Positions 59,901-64,000 of a stretch of 64,000 nucleotides of DNA are shown piece by piece (positions within the stretch are counted from its first letter, which is position 1; each line of letters opens with the position of its first letter). The stretch is from an uncultured Bacteroidales bacterium (GTDB lineage: Bacteria > Bacteroidota > Bacteroidia > Bacteroidales > CAYTAU01). Below the pieces are notes generated by a model, which was given only the letters and a program-made list of their open reading frames with translations, was not told the origin of the DNA and did no database searches. The DNA is taken from NCBI GenBank assembly GCA_964435855.1, contig CAYTAU010000006.1, positions 2,622-66,621 on the forward strand, in the 5' to 3' direction. The translations under genes were made by a program, and so were the position numbers.

Positions 59901-60475
59901 CCTACTTCATAATCTGTCCATGTTGTACCATCATTACTTACACTAACATATAAGTCTGAAGTAGAGCTAAAAATACAACATACTCTAAATCTTTGTTGAA
60001 AATTTAAGATTACGGAATTAATTCCTGAAAAATCTAAAACTTCTGTTTGAATATAAGAATCATGATTAACAGGAGTCGCAACCGATGCTCCTGTACCCTG
60101 ATCGGTATTATAATTATCTGCCTGAAATAACATAAAGCCATTTCCACCTGTACTTGATGCTAATGGAGGTATTGGCGTATCCCAAGTTGGAGTTCCTGTA
60201 TAAGCACCTATTGCTCCTATATCAGACCATGTCCATACAAAGTTATTAGAAGTGTTGTCAACTATAGTCCATGCTGCAGGTAAAGCACCGTTGAAATCCC
60301 AATACATACCAGGAAGAGTATCAGGATATGCTTTATTACCACGATCGTTTAAATTTAAAGGTAATTTATTAGATGTAATCTGTTCATGTGAAAGCTGAGC
60401 TTCCATTTGTATAGATTGAGCAAAAGTGATGTTAAATGTGAATAGTAAAGCGAGTAAGAAGTAAAGTTTTTTCAT
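56996..60475 (-). CDS. large T9SS cargo protein (1159 aa) with type-A CTD
   Basis: Signal peptide, a conserved-repeat segment (DPNDKSVSP...VLDYVIRFQNTGSDTA) and a CTD (VFPNPFSEKIELVF...GTYLLQV). Confidence 0.75.
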   Translation of the reverse strand: MKKLYFLLALLFTFNITFAQSIQMEAQLSHEQITSNKLPLNLNDRGNKAYPDTLPGMYWDFNGALPAAWTIVDNTSNNFVWTWSDIGAIGAYTGTPTWDTPIPPLASSTGGNGFMLFQADNYNTDQGTGASVATPVNHDSYIQTEVLDFSGINSVILNFQQRFRVCCIFSSTSDLYVSVSNDGTTWTDYEVGSPYAEINNNSSQPNDVTDVSLNISNAAANQSTVYIRFHIRGLSHYYWMIDDVAITEGAQFDLVIEDYYNNFFTLNSGSYSQIPQAQAMNGYIGWKAAVFNNGAQDLNNVVLNTEVLLNGVPVFNASSNAESPVSLLPALAIGIEDSLSRDTINLLNDDFYIPSLGLDSSFAACYLGTYDVTWIAEMDETDENPLNNIVNTSFTVNDSVYARDNGIIAGSGSVGPQTWVNGGNDGDFFGVRYEVMDPTGLYSEANSISMYIKPSTSVNANAPTIRGSIWMYDGFSYSEILTTDFYTITQTDTSTWLTLPFVKDGFSEFLMKGDFIVAIEVLNYNGGDFYIGEDITTKQVSLATLWYMATESEFYSYGNYSSTPMIRLNFDPETFVIIANPNIISGKVVIDDNCIMDGTEQAMEGFIVKTVPNNFYGITDSSGAFTILTDTGTYQVEQVIPVTNSLFINPLCPIPNYHTVHFDSLGMDTTGIDFHNEAIACPYLTIDINSNRRRRCFTNNTYVHYCNDGYADASGVEVYVQFPDYVIFVSANYPYTIDTLGNYVFDIGTLAHGDCGDIHIIDSVACINGITGLTQCTEAWITPPNDCVNSLDTAAYNAWDKSSVMVEGECIGDTIIRFTITNTGDLGNGDMQIASEYRVYRNTLLVLTNTFQLLGQEVLIIDIPADGATYRLEADQHPMHPGNSHPNETIENCGNPYNSTGFVNIFPMDDADAEIEIDCMEIIDSYDPNDKSVSPQGITANNYLMPGTVLDYVIRFQNTGSDTAFTVVVIDTLSAHLDVSTFQQGICSHPYTLDVKGQGSPILTFTFNNINLEDSTSNEPNSHGFIKFKIAPYDSIPMGTAIENTAHIYFDYNLPIVTNTTFVTISDTIIHGYPLVIHEIENQIGLKVFPNPFSEKIELVFEKHAIYEIRIIDLLGKEVFKTNVTGTRHSLSTSALPSGTYLLQVISENGIGIKKIVKQ

Positions 60476-60552
60476 AGTTCATAAAGTTTAAGAGTTAATA
60501 TATATATAAGACACAAATATTTGCAAAAAGGTTGCCTGACAATTTTAAAATT

Positions 60553-61782
60553 TTAGTTAGTAAAATAAATTAATTTATTTGTATACCTATATTTATCAGT
60601 TGATATATTTAAAAAGTAAACACCATTTTGCAGTTTACTTTTGGGCTTAATTTCAATATTGTTATTATTCTCGATTATTGTTATGGAGTAATTTTTCCCA
60701 AGCATATCCGTTAGTTTAATATTTTGAACATTAATTGCATTATTGGTTATTTCAATTATTATTTTATCGGAAAAGGGATTTGGTGAAATGCTGATTTGTT
60801 TTGAATAATTGAATTCATTAATGTTATTATCTTTTTTAACGATAATATAATTTGTTTTTGTTATGGTATCGCCACAACCATTACTATTATATGCTATTAA
60901 ATTTACATCAAACTGTCCTGTGTCAGGATAAAATACAATTGGATTTATTAAGTTTGAACTTGCAGGATTACCACCTTCAAAATTCCATTCAAAGTAATCA
61001 TAATCAACAACTGTATTTATGTTATAGTTAACACAATTTCCTTGATTTATTATATTAGTATCTGAACTGAAATCAATAATTTCATTTGTTATATCAGCAC
61101 AGGTTAAAGAATCTTCAGAAACACAGACATTATCTACATAGTAATATGCATTACATGAAGAACCACTTAGTAAAGTTATATTAGTGGATAAATCATCATA
61201 CATATTACCTATATAAATAAAACAATATGCAGAATCAGCAATAAACGAACTATTAATTGTAACCCAATTATTATTATCGTCAATGACATTTGAAAAATAA
61301 TGAGAGTAATTATTTATCAAACTCACTGATGTATCTAAGTAGGTTGTAAATAAAACACATAAGTTATTAGAAATACAGTTCGCCATATCTGCAAAACTAA
61401 AATTACAAGTAAAATAATATTTCTTTCCAATATCCAATGTATCAATTAACTCGCTATATAAAATTTCTCTGTAAGGAGGAGTTAAAGAAGTTTGAAAAGA
61501 GTATATCCCAACATATCCTACACCGGAAAACGGACATTGATAACCAAAAATATTATCTGGAATAGAAACTCCTGTTGAATTATTGGCACAAATATTAAAA
61601 TAATCAGGTGTTTTATAAAAAGTTTTCCATTCAATTAAAGAATCAACTTGAGAAAGATTATCATGGCAACTACTATACTCCTCAAAACTCGGATTAGGAA
61701 CAAGATTCTGCGAATTAATTATGAATGATGAATTAAGAATTATAAGTGAAATAAAAAGTAGTATTTTGTTTAGAGTTTTCAT
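60553..61782 (-). CDS. T9SS cargo protein with PKD-like domain and type-A CTD
   Basis: Signal peptide, an N-terminal NLVPNPSFEEY..C jelly-roll-like module and a CTD (ISPNPFSDKIIIEI...GVYFLNIS). Confidence 0.7.
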   Translation of the reverse strand: MKTLNKILLFISLIILNSSFIINSQNLVPNPSFEEYSSCHDNLSQVDSLIEWKTFYKTPDYFNICANNSTGVSIPDNIFGYQCPFSGVGYVGIYSFQTSLTPPYREILYSELIDTLDIGKKYYFTCNFSFADMANCISNNLCVLFTTYLDTSVSLINNYSHYFSNVIDDNNNWVTINSSFIADSAYCFIYIGNMYDDLSTNITLLSGSSCNAYYYVDNVCVSEDSLTCADITNEIIDFSSDTNIINQGNCVNYNINTVVDYDYFEWNFEGGNPASSNLINPIVFYPDTGQFDVNLIAYNSNGCGDTITKTNYIIVKKDNNINEFNYSKQISISPNPFSDKIIIEITNNAINVQNIKLTDMLGKNYSITIIENNNNIEIKPKSKLQNGVYFLNISTDKYRYTNKLIYFTN

Positions 61783-61828
61783 AGTTATTCATTAATAAAA
61801 AATAAAAATGGAGAACCTACTAACATCA

Positions 61829-63489
61829 CTATTCCTTAACAAACCTCTCTGTCTGTTTACCAATCTTCACAAAATAAACACCATTAGGCAAGTCGGAAAT
61901 ATCAACAGATTGCTTTGGGCTTTGCCCTCGCAATGACGTTGACAAAACAACTTTCCCTTTAATATCAATAATTTGTAAGTTCTTGTTTTTTAAGTCCCCT
62001 TTAGGGGATTTAGGGGTCATTTCAACAAACAAAGTGTTTGTTGTAGGGTTAGGATATAGCTTAAAACCTATTTCTTTTATTTCATTATTTCCCATTCCTG
62101 TACCAAGCAATACCGTTAGAGTTGTATTTGCAGTATCAACACAAGAGCCATGCGTAACAATAAGTTCTACATTATAAATACCTGTATCTGTATAAATATG
62201 GTTTGGGTCTTTTGTGTTTGCAGTTCCTAAATCTCCAAAATTCCAGCTCCAGCTATCTACATAGGCATTATTGTTATAAAACTGAACTGTTACTGTATCA
62301 TTAATAATGTAAAAAGTGTCTTGCAATGCTCCATTTTCTAATGAATGAACAATAGGTTGTAGATAATTACATGTTGTATCCGGAGGCATGTACCAACGTC
62401 CAAGATAAAAGGTATCTGTTGTTTGCGTATTAACAAATAAACCTCCAACATATAATTCATCATCAAAAACTTCCATAGGATATGCTTCTCCTGTAACATT
62501 TGTATCTAATGGGAACCATTCATTACCAATCCAACGAGCTATTCCACTACATGATTTACCTCCTGCTAATGTAAACCCACCTGCTGCATATAATTCACCT
62601 CTGTACATTTTTAAGCCACCTATTCCATCATTTGTTCCTCCAAGTAAATTATACCACTTGTATCCATCCCACTTAGCTATTTTATATAGATTGTTGGGAC
62701 ATGATGGCACGTTTGCAACAAAATCGCCTGCTACATATAAAAAATTATTAAATGTATCAACTGTCATTGTTCTAACTGTTAGCATATTTGCCTGCCCAAC
62801 ATCATAACAATCTGTTTCATCATATTTGTATATTCCGGCATAATCTATTGTATCACCTCCAAATTTTACTATTCCAAGAGTATGTCCTCCAAAATACAAT
62901 TCATTATTAAAAACTTCCATTGCCATTATTGTATAACCCCAAAACGATCTTTCAAAAATTCTTTCATAACTATTCCCATCCCAACATGTAACGCTATATA
63001 TTTCGGGTATTAATTGACTAAAAGGTCCTCCAAAATATAGTTTACTATTGTAGGTCTTCATACACCATACGGTACTACTTGGCACAACATTATTTATTAA
63101 CCATGTCCAGTTACTACCATTAAATCTTGCAATTTTATTAAGTCCACTTACACCTCCTACATTTCCTAAACCACCTCCAATATATAGTTCATTATTATAT
63201 AAACCAAGACAATTTGCCCCCCCCCTGTGCCATTATTGCCTACAGATGACCAGCTTACCTTGTTCCATTTTGCAATATTATCAAACGGGATAGTATTTAT
63301 ATTATTAAAAGAACCTGCTACAACAATAGCTGTATCCCCCCAATTTTTTAGTGTTATAATCTGTCCAATAGAGACACCATGCTTAAATGATGTTATTATT
63401 TGAGGTTGTATCCATTCCTGAGAAAATAGATTATAAGAAATAAACGAAAATATTATGTATAAATATTTTTTCATACTGCAAATATACAA
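61829..63489 (-). pseudogene. T9SS beta-propeller/PKD cargo gene split by a frameshift at a G9 tract (OFF state or sequencing error)
   Basis: ORF 63489-63166 carries the signal peptide and stops 49 nt after the G9 run. Adding one G gives ..GGGANCLGLYNNELYIGGGLGNVGGVSGLNKIARFNGSNWTWLINNVVPSSTVWCMK.., which joins ORF 63085-61829 in frame. Confidence 0.8.
63217..63225 (-). repeat. homopolymeric G9 (C9 on plus strand) tract
   Basis: aatttgCCCCCCCCCtgtgcc. This is the only long G/C homopolymer I saw besides a G7 at 9330-9336. Confidence 0.95.
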
Positions 63490-63634
63490 TGATTTGAACT
63501 AAAATCCAATTAATTAGCAACACCCTCCCAAATAATGATTTCTTGGAGCCGGAAAATGATTTTTTTTGGGCATCTAAAATAGAATTCTGTTCTACAATGT
63601 CCAATGCTTTTGGATATCAATGACTATCTAATGA

Positions 63635-64000
63635 CTACTGAATAAAAGAATACTCAATATTAGTTAAAAACAAGCCTTTCGCCTTTGCTGATGTACCGGC
63701 AGCAGAACGGTCTTTCTTTTCAATAATGTTTTTAAATTGCTCAATGGTAATTTTTTCTCTTCCCACATCAAGCATTGTTCCTACAATTGCTCTAACCATA
63801 TTTCTTAAAAACCTATCGGCAGTAATTTCAAAAATAAGAGTATTGTTTTTCTTATACCATTTTGCCTCTACAATTTTGCAAATACTTGTTTTGTTATCGG
63901 AATGTAATTTGCAAAAACTTTCAAAATCGGTATATTCTAATAATGCCTTAGAGGCAAGGTTCATATTTTCAACATTCAGTTTTTCCTTTATCAATACCGA
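63635..64000 (-). CDS. truA: tRNA pseudouridine(38-40) synthase TruA (5' end outside window)
   Basis: FCK(L)HSD.., the RFLRNMVRAIVGTM motif and A.GL.L near the C-terminus. The frame is open to the window edge. Confidence 0.75.
   Translation of the reverse strand, partial: SVLIKEKLNVENMNLASKALLEYTDFESFCKLHSDNKTSICKIVEAKWYKKNNTLIFEITADRFLRNMVRAIVGTMLDVGREKITIEQFKNIIEKKDRSAAGTSAKAKGLFLTNIEYSFIQ

Noticed and set aside
61829-63489. Annotating 63166-63489 and 61829-63085 as two independent genes
   Set aside because: The first has a signal peptide but no C-terminal domains. The second has no signal peptide and starts at a GTG inside a propeller blade. A 1-nt change in the G9 tract fuses them into a protein collinear with the intact paralogue.
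1-64000. Numerous 60-185-aa ORFs antisense to or nested within long genes (for example 2259-2513, 3903-4181, 4791-5192, 7589-7930, 14588-15022, 29504-29734, 31265-31642, 39076-39396, 39454-40011, 41407-41676, 47419-47694, 53912-54328, 57668-57862, 61983-62177)
   Set aside because: Each lies entirely inside a longer ORF with clear family motifs on the other strand or frame. They have low-complexity or Ser/Leu/Ile-rich composition typical of shadow ORFs in AT-rich DNA.

Overview
This is an AT-rich chromosomal segment that looks like an uncultured or anaerobic member of the Bacteroidota. The evidence is many T9SS C-terminal sorting domains, a GldH-like lipoprotein, a TonB-dependent receptor paired with a DUF4249-like lipoprotein, and FISUMP and PKD domains. 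I recognised no rRNA, tRNA, CRISPR array, cas gene, transposase or integrase.

Layout:
- 1-10.5 kb: housekeeping genes (lpxK, PNP, trmB, gldH, PSP1/RicT-like, SDR, thioesterase) and a TonB receptor module.
- 11.0-15.8 kb: a glycyl-radical enzyme (GRE), its radical-SAM activase and a LeuA-like condensing enzyme. The GRE has an unusual Cys loop (GCVS, lacking the Cys+2 Glu). I consider this the best candidate for an undescribed enzymatic system.
- 15.9-21.5 kb: three tandem leucine-rich-repeat T9SS cargo paralogues, a small Cys-rich lipoprotein, a stand-alone type-B CTD mini-protein and a PKD protein followed by an orphan CTD tail.
- 22-31.7 kb: flippase, a peptide deformylase with a signal peptide, a glucosaminidase-LysM protein, clpC and gyrA.
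- 31.8-38.2 kb: five tandem secreted TPR paralogues.
- 38.3-64 kb: mostly minus-strand secreted or T9SS cargo genes, interspersed with housekeeping genes and an MNT/HepT toxin-antitoxin pair.

Non-genic structure worth attention:
- A family of short GC-rich hairpin repeats. It includes two ~210-235 bp nested-palindromic MITE-like elements and copies embedded in frame inside two T9SS sorting domains.
- A 21-bp-phased array of about 15 degenerate repeats (43.5-43.8 kb).
- A 42-bp direct duplication of a gene 3' end flanking a single outer-membrane-protein gene.
- A G9 homopolymer that splits a T9SS propeller gene into two ORFs, which is either phase variation or a sequencing error.

All family assignments come from motif recognition by eye, not from searches.
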